A stretch of 64,000 nucleotides of DNA from an uncultured Verrucomicrobiae bacterium (GTDB lineage Bacteria; Verrucomicrobiota; Verrucomicrobiia; Limisphaerales; UBA11358). Shown here one piece after another: positions 1 through 9,784 of this stretch. The position numbers and the translations under genes were made by a program. The notes beneath the pieces were generated by a model that saw only the letters and a list, made by a program, of their open reading frames with translations, made no database searches and was not told where the DNA came from. Numbering within the stretch: the first letter of the stretch is position 1; each line of letters opens with the position of its first letter. The stretch spans positions 1,232,418-1,296,417 of the forward strand of contig CAWDIX010000002.1 in the NCBI GenBank assembly GCA_963802515.1, given 5' to 3'.

Positions 1-398
1 GCCAGGGCGATGAGCAACTGGCCGGCGAATTTGGGCAGCGGTTTCAGTTCACGTTTGTCATCGAGCCAGCCGAGCGCGGTAATGGCAATTGCGCCAAAGG
101 CAATGGCAGCCAGCTCAAGGGCGCGGTGACTGAAGCCGTACGCGATGGGCGGGAGCACGCGGGGATTTTCAACGCTGGCCGCGGCGAACAGCGCCCCCGC
201 CACCAGCGGCAACAAAATGCCGGTGAGCACCGCAAAACCGCCGGCCAGCGGCACTGGAAAGTCGTGGATTTTGCGGCGGCCAGGGTCATCCACGAGATTG
301 ACGCGCAGGCACCATTCGCGCCAGAGCGGCAACGTGAGCAGCGTTGTCAGAAACGCGACCACAAAGGCGGCAAGATAAAAATTGAATGGAAAGGTCAC
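1..398 (-). CDS. MraY/WecA-family polyprenyl-phosphate sugar-1-phosphate transferase (5' part, runs off the window)
   Basis: Manual translation from GTG at 398 (GTGA overlap with the GT4 stop): MTFPFNFYLAAFVVAFLTTLLTLPLWREWCLRVNLVDDPGRRKIHDFPVPLAGG. This carries the D.P..RKIH..P.P..GG signature. Confidence 0.85.
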   Translation of the reverse strand, partial: MTFPFNFYLAAFVVAFLTTLLTLPLWREWCLRVNLVDDPGRRKIHDFPVPLAGGFAVLTGILLPLVAGALFAAASVENPRVLPPIAYGFSHRALELAAIAFGAIAITALGWLDDKRELKPLPKFAGQLLIAL

Positions 399-1564
399 AA
401 GCGCAGGCCCCGGTCGGCGGCCAATTTCAGATAGAGATTGTAAATGGCGTCCACCATTTTTTCGACGGCGAAATTTTCCCGGACATAATCCCTGCCGGCC
501 TCGCCAAGCTTTTTACACAGTGCCGGATCCGTTGCGAGTTGCAGCAGGCGGTTTTTCAAGCCGGCCAAATCGCCGGGCTGAACCAAATATCCTGTCCGGC
601 CATCGAGACAAACTTCGCGGGCGCCATCGCAATCGTAAGCGACGACGGGCTTGGCGGCGGCGAGCGCCTGCGGCAGCGCACGCGGCAAACCTTCGCGCAA
701 CGACAGATGCACCAGAGCGTCCATGATGCCGACCAGAGCCGGTATTTCGGCGGGCGGGACGAGGCCGGTGAAAACGAAATGGCGTTCAAGGCCATTAGAT
801 TTCGCGAGATTTTCAAACCGTCCGCGCCATTCGCCATCGCCGACCAGCAGAAATTTGATTTGTGGACAGCGGCGGACCAGCTCCGGGGCAACGGCGAACA
901 AATCGTCATGACCCTTCAGCTTGAACAGCCGCGCGATTTTGCCGATGACGAAATCACCGGCCTGCAAATCAAATCGCGCGCGGAGGGCGGGATCGTTTTT
1001 CGCCGCGACAAAAGGTTCAATCGGAAAACCGCTGACAACTTTCGTGTATTGTTCCGGACGCCCGATGCCGGCGGCGAGGTATCGGGCCTTCATGGCATCG
1101 GCGACCACAACAAAGTGTGTCGTAGCGCGGGCGGCATGTTTTTCAGCGGCGCGGAAGGCCAGGTTGGCGGCGGCGTTTTGAAAATTTCCGAACGACGGGC
1201 CATGGATCGTATGGATAATGAGCGGTACCCCGGCGCGTTTTGCGGCCAGGCGGCCAAGGATGCCGGCCTTGCCACTGTGCGTGTGAACGATGTCCGGCCG
1301 GGTTTGCCGGAGAATTTCCGCGAGCCGGCGCAGGGCCATCCAATCCTTCCACGGATGGACCGGGCGGACCAGTTCCGGGACGCGAGTGAGGATTCCCGGC
1401 GCGCGGGACAATTCGGATTCAAGCGAGCCTTCGAGGCCGGTGGTCGGACCGGAAATCAAAGCAACCGAGGTGCGGGGGTTTTGACACAGACCGAGGACGG
1501 TGGCGACGGTGTTTTCCTGCGCGCCACCGACGATCAGCCGGGTGATGATGTGGGTGACGCGCAT
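395..1564 (-). CDS. Glycosyltransferase family 4 (GT-B)
   Basis: HIITRLIVGGAQ N-terminus, VHTHSGKAG, LKGH and EGLPRALPQA motifs. Confidence 0.92.
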   Translation of the reverse strand: MRVTHIITRLIVGGAQENTVATVLGLCQNPRTSVALISGPTTGLEGSLESELSRAPGILTRVPELVRPVHPWKDWMALRRLAEILRQTRPDIVHTHSGKAGILGRLAAKRAGVPLIIHTIHGPSFGNFQNAAANLAFRAAEKHAARATTHFVVVADAMKARYLAAGIGRPEQYTKVVSGFPIEPFVAAKNDPALRARFDLQAGDFVIGKIARLFKLKGHDDLFAVAPELVRRCPQIKFLLVGDGEWRGRFENLAKSNGLERHFVFTGLVPPAEIPALVGIMDALVHLSLREGLPRALPQALAAAKPVVAYDCDGAREVCLDGRTGYLVQPGDLAGLKNRLLQLATDPALCKKLGEAGRDYVRENFAVEKMVDAIYNLYLKLAADRGLRL

Positions 1565-1573
1565 TGGCGCGTT

Positions 1574-4495
1574 TCAGGGTGAATGGCCTTCGAGTTCGCG
1601 AAGCCGCAGGATGACATTGGTGGCTTCGGCGGTGTTGGTGTTCGCGTTGGCCAGATAAATTTTGTAATTTCTGACGGCCTCATTGGTTTCGTGGTTGCGC
1701 CAGGCGATTTCGGCCAGGCCGTAGGCGACCGGGAACGAATTGGTGTAGGTTTGCTGCAACTGCCGGTAATCGGCGCGCGCGGCGTCAAGCTGGCCGCTGT
1801 CGAGATAAGCCAGCGCGCGGTTGAAGCGCGCGTCGGCGTTGTTCGTTTGAATGGCGAGCACGCTCGTCAATGCGGTGATGGCATCCTGGTAAGCGTGAAG
1901 TTGGAGGCAAACGTAGCCTTTGCCAAAAAGCCCGATCGGATCTTCGGGCGCCATCTTTAATTTGCGGTCAATGACCTCCAGCGCGTTGGTGAACAGACCG
2001 CGCGTCACAAAAGCCTGCACCGTGGCGGTCAGCAAATCGTTGTTGTCCGGGTGGCGGTTGATTTCCAGATCGAGCAACCGGATGCCTTGCGCGAAATTGG
2101 TTTTCTGGAGGTAGGCGCCGGCAGCCAGAATGTTGAGTTCGGTGGAATTGGAATCCGTGAGCGAGAATCTTTGAGGCCGCGTCAGCGGGTCATGGAGCAC
2201 TGTGAGCGCGCGGTCGGGCAGGCGGGAGCGAACATAAATTTGCGCGAGGAGGAGCCGCGCGGGCAGATAATCCGGTTCGAGTTCAACCACCCGGTTGAAA
2301 GCCGCGATGGCCTGGCGAAAATAGCCGTTGTCTCGTGCCGCAAAAAAGCCGTTTACGAAACAGAAACTCGGTTCATCAAACGGCCCGCAGGCGTTGACGA
2401 CCTCATTCCAGTCATGGAACCTGCCGAATTGATCTCTCGTGACTTTGGACGGGTCCACCGGCACGGGGCGGCCAGCACGGAGGTCTTGATTGAAATGAAT
2501 ATTGATTTGCGCGACGACGTTGTCCGGGTAGAGTTTCTGCGCCATTTCAAAACAGTCGGCGGCCTTTTCCAGTTCATTCGCGCGCTGCAACTGGACCCCC
2601 CAGAAATCGAGGTCGCGCGAGTAAAAAGCGCCGGCAACGACCGCGTTCGGATTTTGCCCGCGCGCCACATGAAAGCGCGCCAACAGTCGTTGGCCCAAAG
2701 TCATGGGCACACCGGAATCGGGTGGCGCGATTTCCTGCTCAATGGCAGGAATCGCATGCGCTTCCACGCGCGACCAGAAGACATTATTTTCGGCGATTTG
2801 ATTCCGGTCCGGGGGCGGCGGAAGGAGTGTGTCCTCCGGAAGCGGTTTCAGTTGGTAAACCAAGCCATGCGGCTCCAGGTAAAATTGCTCGAAGTAGTAG
2901 CCAAAGCTGGGATGCAGATAGTAAAGCGCATTGGTTTTGGAAAGCAGGTTCAAAACGCCGATCAATCCCACAGGATTAAGCGTGTCGTTTTGCGCGGCCG
3001 AGACCAGTTCCGGCCATTTTTGCGGGAATTCATGGTGCAAAAAACGGTGATACGCGGGCACGACCAGGGACCTCGTGTCGAGCGGCACAAATTCCTTCCC
3101 CCGGCCATCACGCTCCAGCGCCGCCTGCACGAGAAACAAATGTTGAGGATCGTCGGACAACAAATAGCCTCCGTCCCGCGGCAATTGTTCCTCAATGAAC
3201 GATGCATATTGAGAGAGCGTGTTGTCATTGGCGCCACGAAGTTGCGATGTGTTCCGGTAAACCAGTCCCGTGATGGCCAATGCCGCCAGGACATACACAC
3301 CAGCGGTAATAAAGGGATTCAAAAACTGAAGCGGCGACGGTGGCAGCGGTTGCGCGCGGTTGAAGGGCTTTTTGCCAAACACCACCAGAAAATATCCGCT
3401 GTAGTAACCCACGCACAACGCGATGAGATAGTAGAACGTCAGGCTGAAACCCTTTTCGCGGGGGCTGAATGGCGGATCAAACATCAGCCAGACGCAGATA
3501 AAAAGAATGATCGCATGCACCACGTGAAACATGAAACTCGCCAGCGCCATGCCCATCCGGCTGCTGTCGCCAAAGGACGATTGCCAGCGAATTGCCAGCA
3601 CGAACAACGGCATCAGATAGGCCACCAGCAACAACAGCACCTCGAAATATTGTTGCGGGTGAATACACGAGAGAAAATAAAATTTCAGGACATTATACTG
3701 CGGAGCCAGGCTGGATTTTAACGCCAGCCACCAGAACGCACCCGGCACTTTGCCGGAAACCAGCGCCCACGCCGGCAGCAGCAAATCCAACGACAACCCC
3801 GCCAGACCGCACAACACCATCCACTGGAGAAACCGCAGATTGAAAAAGTTCAGCCCGCGGATCCATACGATCGCGACGATAAACACCGGCAAAAAACCCA
3901 CCATCGCCCAGTTCTCCGCCATCCCCGCGCCATAGACGGCCGCGGCCAGGTACAGGCGCCCCACCCGTTCGTCCAACCGGTATTCCAGCAGCAACCAGAT
4001 CACGAATGCGAACAGCAGCAGGTCAAACATTTCACCCGTGAAATTCGTCGCATGCTCCCAAAACGTCAGTTGCAAGCCACAAACCGCCACCGCCAAAACC
4101 GGAGGCAGCCACGCGCTGCCAATGGTCAGAAATGAAAAATCGCTGCGCTCACGACGGCGTTGCGCATCCGTACGGTCGTGCGGCAGCAACGCGACCGAAC
4201 GCGCGAGCAAGCCGAGCGTCGCCGCCGCACACACGGCGGCAAAAACATTCAACGCGACCGGAATTTGTGTCGCCGGCAGCCAGCGGAAAGGACCGGTGAC
4301 GAGAAACAGAAGCGGATTGACCAATTCCGGTTGCCACGTCCAGCCTGAAATCTTGGCTACCGCCCCGAGGTTGAGCAATGACACCCAGCGGTTCAGGGTA
4401 ATCCAATAAACCGCCAGCACCGCCGCCGCCAGCAGCCACGGCAGAAAGCGCGGAACAAAATTCCTCCGCGGATCAATGCGTGTTTCCATCGTCAT
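1574..4495 (-). CDS. DUF2723/TMEM260-like multi-pass GT-C-fold membrane protein with C-terminal TPRs
   Basis: About 11-12 hydrophobic segments, an LTFWEHAT motif and TPR-like C-terminal helices (ARFNRALAYLDSGQLDAARADY). ATG at 4495 overlaps the upstream stop (ATGA). Confidence 0.7.
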   Translation of the reverse strand: MTMETRIDPRRNFVPRFLPWLLAAAVLAVYWITLNRWVSLLNLGAVAKISGWTWQPELVNPLLFLVTGPFRWLPATQIPVALNVFAAVCAAATLGLLARSVALLPHDRTDAQRRRERSDFSFLTIGSAWLPPVLAVAVCGLQLTFWEHATNFTGEMFDLLLFAFVIWLLLEYRLDERVGRLYLAAAVYGAGMAENWAMVGFLPVFIVAIVWIRGLNFFNLRFLQWMVLCGLAGLSLDLLLPAWALVSGKVPGAFWWLALKSSLAPQYNVLKFYFLSCIHPQQYFEVLLLLVAYLMPLFVLAIRWQSSFGDSSRMGMALASFMFHVVHAIILFICVWLMFDPPFSPREKGFSLTFYYLIALCVGYYSGYFLVVFGKKPFNRAQPLPPSPLQFLNPFITAGVYVLAALAITGLVYRNTSQLRGANDNTLSQYASFIEEQLPRDGGYLLSDDPQHLFLVQAALERDGRGKEFVPLDTRSLVVPAYHRFLHHEFPQKWPELVSAAQNDTLNPVGLIGVLNLLSKTNALYYLHPSFGYYFEQFYLEPHGLVYQLKPLPEDTLLPPPPDRNQIAENNVFWSRVEAHAIPAIEQEIAPPDSGVPMTLGQRLLARFHVARGQNPNAVVAGAFYSRDLDFWGVQLQRANELEKAADCFEMAQKLYPDNVVAQINIHFNQDLRAGRPVPVDPSKVTRDQFGRFHDWNEVVNACGPFDEPSFCFVNGFFAARDNGYFRQAIAAFNRVVELEPDYLPARLLLAQIYVRSRLPDRALTVLHDPLTRPQRFSLTDSNSTELNILAAGAYLQKTNFAQGIRLLDLEINRHPDNNDLLTATVQAFVTRGLFTNALEVIDRKLKMAPEDPIGLFGKGYVCLQLHAYQDAITALTSVLAIQTNNADARFNRALAYLDSGQLDAARADYRQLQQTYTNSFPVAYGLAEIAWRNHETNEAVRNYKIYLANANTNTAEATNVILRLRELEGHSP

Positions 4496-5673
4496 CGGGC
4501 TGCCCCAGTTGAACCCATGTTTTGCCAATTGGCAAGATTAGTTTGCCCGGCGCCTGCGTCTGCCACGCACTCCACGTGCTGTGTTTGCGGGAACATGTCC
4601 AGCGGCGTGACGCGCCTTAATTCAAAGACACCTTGGTCACACAAAATGTTCAAGTCCCGCGCCATCGTCGCTGGATGGCACGAGACATAAATGATTTGCG
4701 CCGGCTTCAGTTCACGCAGGAATTGCAGCGTCCGCGGCTGACAGCCCTTGCGCGGCGGGTCCAGGATGACCGTCGTCGCTTGCGGCGAAAAGCGCTTCAG
4801 CGTCTCCGGCAGAACTTCTTCAACGGCGGCGGCGATGAACTGGCCGTTGCCGATTTGGCGCGCCGCCGCGTTTTGCCGCGCCGATTGGATGGCGCGCTGG
4901 TCGTATTCAACTCCCACAAACGATTCCACCGCCTCCGCCAGTTCGATGCTGAAAAACCCGACGCCGCAGTACAAGTCCACCAAATGCCGCGCGCCGGTCG
5001 CGCGCAAAAATTCGCGGACGGTTTCAACCAGTTTCGGCAGCAGGAAAAAATTGTTCTGGAAAAACGAATCCGGGGGCACGTCCCAGTTTTCCGGCGGAAT
5101 CCGCAGCACCACCTTGATGCCGCCTTTCGGCGGCGGGTGTTGGCGGACGCGCCGGATTTCCTGATTGAGCGCCGGCTCGGCAATTTCGCATTCTTCAATG
5201 TCTTCGACCAGTCCGCAGTCCCAACGCACGAAACCGATGTTCAGTTTCTGCTCCGGCTTGTTCCACTGGCTGCGAATCATGATGCGATTACGGTAGCCAT
5301 ACGGTTGCGGACAGGGGATAACTGGCGCAACGGCATCGCGCGGAAATTTGCCGACCTGCTCGAACAGATCGGCGATTTGCTTTTGTTTGAGCCGCAACTG
5401 CGTCGCGTATTCCACGTGTTGGTACTGACAACCGCCGCAGGCGCCAAAGTAGCGGCAGGCCGGTTCGACGCGTTCCGGCGACGGTTGCACCACGCGCAAC
5501 AGCTTCGCGCGGGCAAAATTCTTTTTCACCTCCCTGATTTCTGCCGCGACAATTTCGCCGATCAATACAAACGGCACAAACACGACGAAATCATCCACGC
5601 GCCCGACACCTTCGCCGCCGAACGCGATGTCGTGAATCGCCAAAGTAAACTGGTCGCCGATTTTGAGAGGCAC
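4492..5673 (-). CDS. RlmD/TrmA-family RNA (uracil-5)-methyltransferase with TRAM domain
   Basis: TRAM N-terminus, CRYFGACGGC Fe-S motif, SFFQNN, DLYCGVG, DPPRKG, YVSCHP and DMFPQTQHVE. Confidence 0.92.
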   Translation of the reverse strand: MPLKIGDQFTLAIHDIAFGGEGVGRVDDFVVFVPFVLIGEIVAAEIREVKKNFARAKLLRVVQPSPERVEPACRYFGACGGCQYQHVEYATQLRLKQKQIADLFEQVGKFPRDAVAPVIPCPQPYGYRNRIMIRSQWNKPEQKLNIGFVRWDCGLVEDIEECEIAEPALNQEIRRVRQHPPPKGGIKVVLRIPPENWDVPPDSFFQNNFFLLPKLVETVREFLRATGARHLVDLYCGVGFFSIELAEAVESFVGVEYDQRAIQSARQNAAARQIGNGQFIAAAVEEVLPETLKRFSPQATTVILDPPRKGCQPRTLQFLRELKPAQIIYVSCHPATMARDLNILCDQGVFELRRVTPLDMFPQTQHVECVADAGAGQTNLANWQNMGSTGAAR

Positions 5674-5744
5674 GCGAAGAGATTAAGTGACAGGCGACCG
5701 GTGACAAGCGGCAAGAACAACAAGCACCCGCCCCTCATCATTTT

Positions 5745-7556
5745 TCAGCCGGCAGGCCTGCTTTTTTCCGCGATGGCTTGAGAGAATATGGCGAGCACTT
5801 CGGCGCGGGACACAGATCCGACGAGCCGCTTTTCCCCGGGGCTGTTGACCACAGGCACGTTGCGCAGTTCGTTTTCCAGCACAATCGGCAGCGCGTCAAG
5901 CAACCGCTGGCCGGGCGTAAGGAATTTGGGCGGCGGCCGCATCACGTCGAAGGCAATGACTCCGTCGAAATTCTGGCTGGTGTTCAAAAATTCCTTCAAA
6001 TCGTGGAGGGCCACGACCCCGACAAACTGCTGTCTGGCATCCACCACGGGCAGGAAGTTGTTGGAACTGACGAGGAACCGGTCGGCGATTTGCCGGAAGG
6101 TGGCGTTCTCGCGCAACGGCGGTACCGGCGCGCGCATCAGGTCCCCCACGGTCTTCTCCATGGCCACACCCGCCTGGTCGCTTTCCGGCTGGAGCGACAA
6201 ACCTTTCAGGCGCATATGTTCGGTATAGATGGATTCCCCGTGCAACTGCCTGGCCACGAGCACGGACACCACGCACGCCAGCATCAATGGGGGCATGAGC
6301 GAATAATCCAGCGAGATTTCAAAGGCCATAATCATCGCCAGCAAGGGTGATTTGGTCGTACCTGCCAGCATAGCGCCCATTCCGACCAGCGCAAACGCGC
6401 CCGTCGGCTCGCCTGGCGCTCCACCGAGCAGGTGCAACGCCGCGCCGAACAACGCCCCCACACTGGCGCCCAAAAACATCGTTGGCGTAAACACGCCGCC
6501 GACGGTCCCCGCGCCAACTGTAGCCACCGTCGCCAGCAGTTTGGCCAGAAACAAGCCGCTTAATTCAGGCATCGGATTGATGGGATCGGCAAAATCACCG
6601 TGCAAAATCCTGTTGGTCACATAATATCCGTTTCCGCAGACGCCGGGGAAAAAAACGGCAATCCCGCCCACGATCAATCCGGCCAGCGTGAGTTTCGCGT
6701 AAATTGGCCAGCGAAGCTGGTTGAACCGCTCCCGGCCGCCTCGCAACAGTTTCAAGAACAGCGCGCTCATGCCGCCGCACACCACGCCCATCAAAACAAA
6801 CCACGGCAACTGCGCCGGTGTCGTGGCCGGGAATGCCGGCACTTGATACCACGGTTCAATCCCGAAAAAATACCGCGACACCGTCGTCGCTATCACCGAC
6901 GCGCAAACGAGGGGGGCGAAGAGGCTCATTGAAAAGTTGCCGAGAACAATCAACGACGCGAACACGGCGCCCGCAATCGGCGCGTTGTAAGCCGCCGAAA
7001 TGCCCGCCGCCGCGCCGCAGCCGACCAGCAATCGCAGCCGGTAGGGCGGCCATTTTGCCAGTTGCCCGAGTTTGGACGCCAGCGTGGCCGAGAGTTGCGT
7101 GATACCGCCTTCGCGCCCGATGGACGCGCCCGTGGCGATGCTCATCAGCGCGGAAGCCGTCTTCACCGATTCCGTGCGGAACGGCAGCCGCCCGTCGCCG
7201 GCCACGACCACTTCGAGCAAATCGCTTGAGCCTTGCCGGCCCACCAGGCGGAAACCCCAGTGCAAAATCAGGCCGGCCGCCAAACCTCCCAGCGCCGGCA
7301 CCAGAAACCGTTCCCAGTCGGGCAGCTTCTCCGCGAACTCCACGGGATCGCCGGGTTGAACGAGATGCACGACATAATAAAAGAAAAGGTTCACCAAACC
7401 GCCGATGACGCCGACAATTCCCGCCAGCACCAGATGGAGAGCTTCCTCGTTGAAGACAACCCTTTCGCGCCAGCGCAGCGCGCCCTGCCAGTGACGCCGG
7501 AAAAAAACACGCGCCCGGGCCACGACCCGGTTTTTAAGCCACCACTCCACGCCCAC
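5745..7556 (-). CDS. ClC-family chloride channel/transporter with two CBS domains
   Basis: SIGREGG, AAYNAPIAG and GGVFTP motifs; C-terminal CBS pair. Confidence 0.92.
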   Translation of the reverse strand: MGVEWWLKNRVVARARVFFRRHWQGALRWRERVVFNEEALHLVLAGIVGVIGGLVNLFFYYVVHLVQPGDPVEFAEKLPDWERFLVPALGGLAAGLILHWGFRLVGRQGSSDLLEVVVAGDGRLPFRTESVKTASALMSIATGASIGREGGITQLSATLASKLGQLAKWPPYRLRLLVGCGAAAGISAAYNAPIAGAVFASLIVLGNFSMSLFAPLVCASVIATTVSRYFFGIEPWYQVPAFPATTPAQLPWFVLMGVVCGGMSALFLKLLRGGRERFNQLRWPIYAKLTLAGLIVGGIAVFFPGVCGNGYYVTNRILHGDFADPINPMPELSGLFLAKLLATVATVGAGTVGGVFTPTMFLGASVGALFGAALHLLGGAPGEPTGAFALVGMGAMLAGTTKSPLLAMIMAFEISLDYSLMPPLMLACVVSVLVARQLHGESIYTEHMRLKGLSLQPESDQAGVAMEKTVGDLMRAPVPPLRENATFRQIADRFLVSSNNFLPVVDARQQFVGVVALHDLKEFLNTSQNFDGVIAFDVMRPPPKFLTPGQRLLDALPIVLENELRNVPVVNSPGEKRLVGSVSRAEVLAIFSQAIAEKSRPAG

Positions 7557-7601
7557 AGTTTACCAGCAGATGACCTTCTTGACGAGCCGGGATTTAGCCG
7601 G

Positions 7602-8135
7602 TCAGGTCTTTTTCAAACCGGCGATGGCCGCTTTCATCTCACGGAAATGAACGTCAGGATTGCCAGCGTCCGTAATGTGGACAATTTTGCCGTCCAACCC
7701 GATGAGAAAGCTGACACGATGCGCTATTTTCATGTGGTCCATCCGCACGCCGTAAAGATCCACAATTTCCCCGTCGGGATCGGCAAGCAACGGAAAGTTC
7801 AGGTTATATTTGGCGATGAATTTCCGGTGGCTTTCGGCGGAATCGAAACTCACGCCGATGATTTCGACGTTGTCTTGCTGCAACTCGCTCATGCGATCCC
7901 GGAAACCGCAGGCTTCCTTCGTGCAACCCCCGGTGAAATCCTTCGGATAAAAATAGAGCAGCACGATTTTTTTGCCGAGCAGATCGGCCAGCTTCACCGT
8001 CTTGCCGTCCTGATCCTGGCCGGTGAACAAGGGCGCGGTGTCACCGACCCTGGGCATCGCGGCCTGCACGGCAGCGGTGGCGGACAAAAGCAATGACCCG
8101 GCAACGAGCAAATATTTGAACCAGTGTGTTTTCAT
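7602..8135 (-). CDS. BCP/PrxQ-type peroxiredoxin with N-terminal signal peptide
   Basis: YFYPKDFTGGCTKEAC motif. ATG at 8135 gives the leader MKTHWFKYLLVAGSLLLSATAAVQA. Confidence 0.88.
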   Translation of the reverse strand: MKTHWFKYLLVAGSLLLSATAAVQAAMPRVGDTAPLFTGQDQDGKTVKLADLLGKKIVLLYFYPKDFTGGCTKEACGFRDRMSELQQDNVEIIGVSFDSAESHRKFIAKYNLNFPLLADPDGEIVDLYGVRMDHMKIAHRVSFLIGLDGKIVHITDAGNPDVHFREMKAAIAGLKKT

Positions 8136-8221
8136 GATCATTTTTGATTTGCAGAATAAAATCCGCAGTTTTGCGGGCAATAGCAAGCCGAAGAAGAAAA
8201 TCCGCCAATCTTGAATGAACT

Positions 8222-8956
8222 TTATTGCTTGCGGGGCGAGCGGCGCAGGCCGTTGCGCAGCCACAGCCGCCAGACCATCCACAAGGCCTCGGCCACGATG
8301 TGACGCGATATTTTCGAGTGGCCTACGGTGCGTTCGGTGAAAATGATGGGCACTTCGACGATTTTCATTCCTTCCATCCAGAGCCGGTGGGTGGTTTCGA
8401 TCTGAAAGCTGTAGCCGTTGGACTGGATCTTGTCGAAGTTCAACGACTCCAACGCGCGGCGGCGGAAACATTTGTAGCCACCCGTCGGATCGCTAAGCGG
8501 CAAGCCGGTGATGAGCCACACATAAATGCCGGCGCAGCGGCTCAACATCAACCGCTTGAGCGGCCAATTGACCACGCGCACGCCACCGGAGTAACGCGAG
8601 CCGAGCACGAGGTCGGCGTTCTGATTCTTTGCCGCGTCGAGAAACATTGGCACGTCGTCCGGGTTGTGCGAAAAATCACCGTCCATCTCGAAAATGAATT
8701 CGTAGTGGTGTTCGAGCGCCCATTTGAATCCGGCAATGTAGGCCCGGCCCAACCCGTTTTTCTCCGCGCGATGCAGGACGTGGATTTGCGGATGTTGCGC
8801 CGCCAGCTCGTCGGCAATTTTACCCGTGCCGTCGGGCGAATTGTCGTCCACCACCAGCAGATCCACCGGCACCGGCAACGCCAACAGCCGCCGGGCCATG
8901 CGAGAGAGATTTTCCCGCTCGTTGTAGGTCGGCACAATGATGAGCGTTTGGTTCAT
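8222..8956 (-). CDS. Polyprenol monophosphomannose synthase (Dpm1-like GT2)
   Basis: IIVPTYNE, VDDNSPDGT, EMDGDFSH, SNGYSFQIE and EVPIIFTER. Confidence 0.9.
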   Translation of the reverse strand: MNQTLIIVPTYNERENLSRMARRLLALPVPVDLLVVDDNSPDGTGKIADELAAQHPQIHVLHRAEKNGLGRAYIAGFKWALEHHYEFIFEMDGDFSHNPDDVPMFLDAAKNQNADLVLGSRYSGGVRVVNWPLKRLMLSRCAGIYVWLITGLPLSDPTGGYKCFRRRALESLNFDKIQSNGYSFQIETTHRLWMEGMKIVEVPIIFTERTVGHSKISRHIVAEALWMVWRLWLRNGLRRSPRKQ

Positions 8957-9011
8957 GGGCGACACCGCAAAAAATAACGGGAAACGCGGTAAAAACAAGC
9001 GGCAGTTTGGC

Positions 9012-9731
9012 TCAGGCGGCGAATTTTGCCTTGCGCGGCAGCAACGACTTTAATGGACATTCGTCGCAACGCGGCGCGCGCGGCCGGCAAAAGTGTTTTC
9101 CCACCATCACCAGTTGCGCATGGTAATCCTGCCAATAGTCCAACTGCGCCGCGCCGGTTTTCCGATTCAACGCCGACTCGCACAGATTCTTCAAACCATC
9201 GTAATTGGCAGGAGACTTTGGACTGTGGACCGCGGATTGCGGACTCCAGTCATGCCTCTGAAATATCCGTTTCGTGTAGGCGTCAATTACGAAACTGCGA
9301 TGTCCGCCCGCGTAAAGCAACAGGCTGTCCGCCGTCTCCGGCCCGACGCCGTGGATGGCCAGCAACCGCTCGCGAACCATGGAGGTTTCCCCGGCGAAAA
9401 GTTTGTCCAAGTCGCCGCGGCATTCCTCTACCAACACGCGCAAAAATGACCTCAGTCGCCGTGCCTTGACGTTGAAATAACCGGCGGGACGGATCAGTGC
9501 CGCCAGTTTCGGTTCCGGCAACGCGAACAATGTTCCCGGTTCGAGCACCCGGGCGGCTTTCAAATTGGCAATGGCGCGTTCGACGTTTGTCCACGCGGTA
9601 TTTTGCGTGAGGATCGCGCCCACGCAGACTTCAAACGGCGTTTCACCCGGCCACCAATGCTGATGGCCAAACCGGGCGCGCATGAGTTGGTAGGCGCGGC
9701 GCAATTCTTTTCGGGTTTTTGGCGAAACCAT
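9012..9731 (-). CDS. Endonuclease III-related HhH-GPD protein
   Basis: WWPGETPFEVCVGAILTQNT, GVGPETAD, FVIDAYT and a C-terminal Cys cluster. Confidence 0.9.
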   Translation of the reverse strand: MVSPKTRKELRRAYQLMRARFGHQHWWPGETPFEVCVGAILTQNTAWTNVERAIANLKAARVLEPGTLFALPEPKLAALIRPAGYFNVKARRLRSFLRVLVEECRGDLDKLFAGETSMVRERLLAIHGVGPETADSLLLYAGGHRSFVIDAYTKRIFQRHDWSPQSAVHSPKSPANYDGLKNLCESALNRKTGAAQLDYWQDYHAQLVMVGKHFCRPRAPRCDECPLKSLLPRKAKFAA

Positions 9732-9784
9732 CGCCGGTGATTTAACGCAAATTACGCAAGAATTGAAAATAAATCGGTCAGACG

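Noticed and set aside
9020-9100. Missing fourth Cys in the EndoIII-like Fe-S motif (C-X6-C-X2-C-X5-L)
   Set aside because: The variation is real but minor, and I cannot argue a functional consequence without an alignment.
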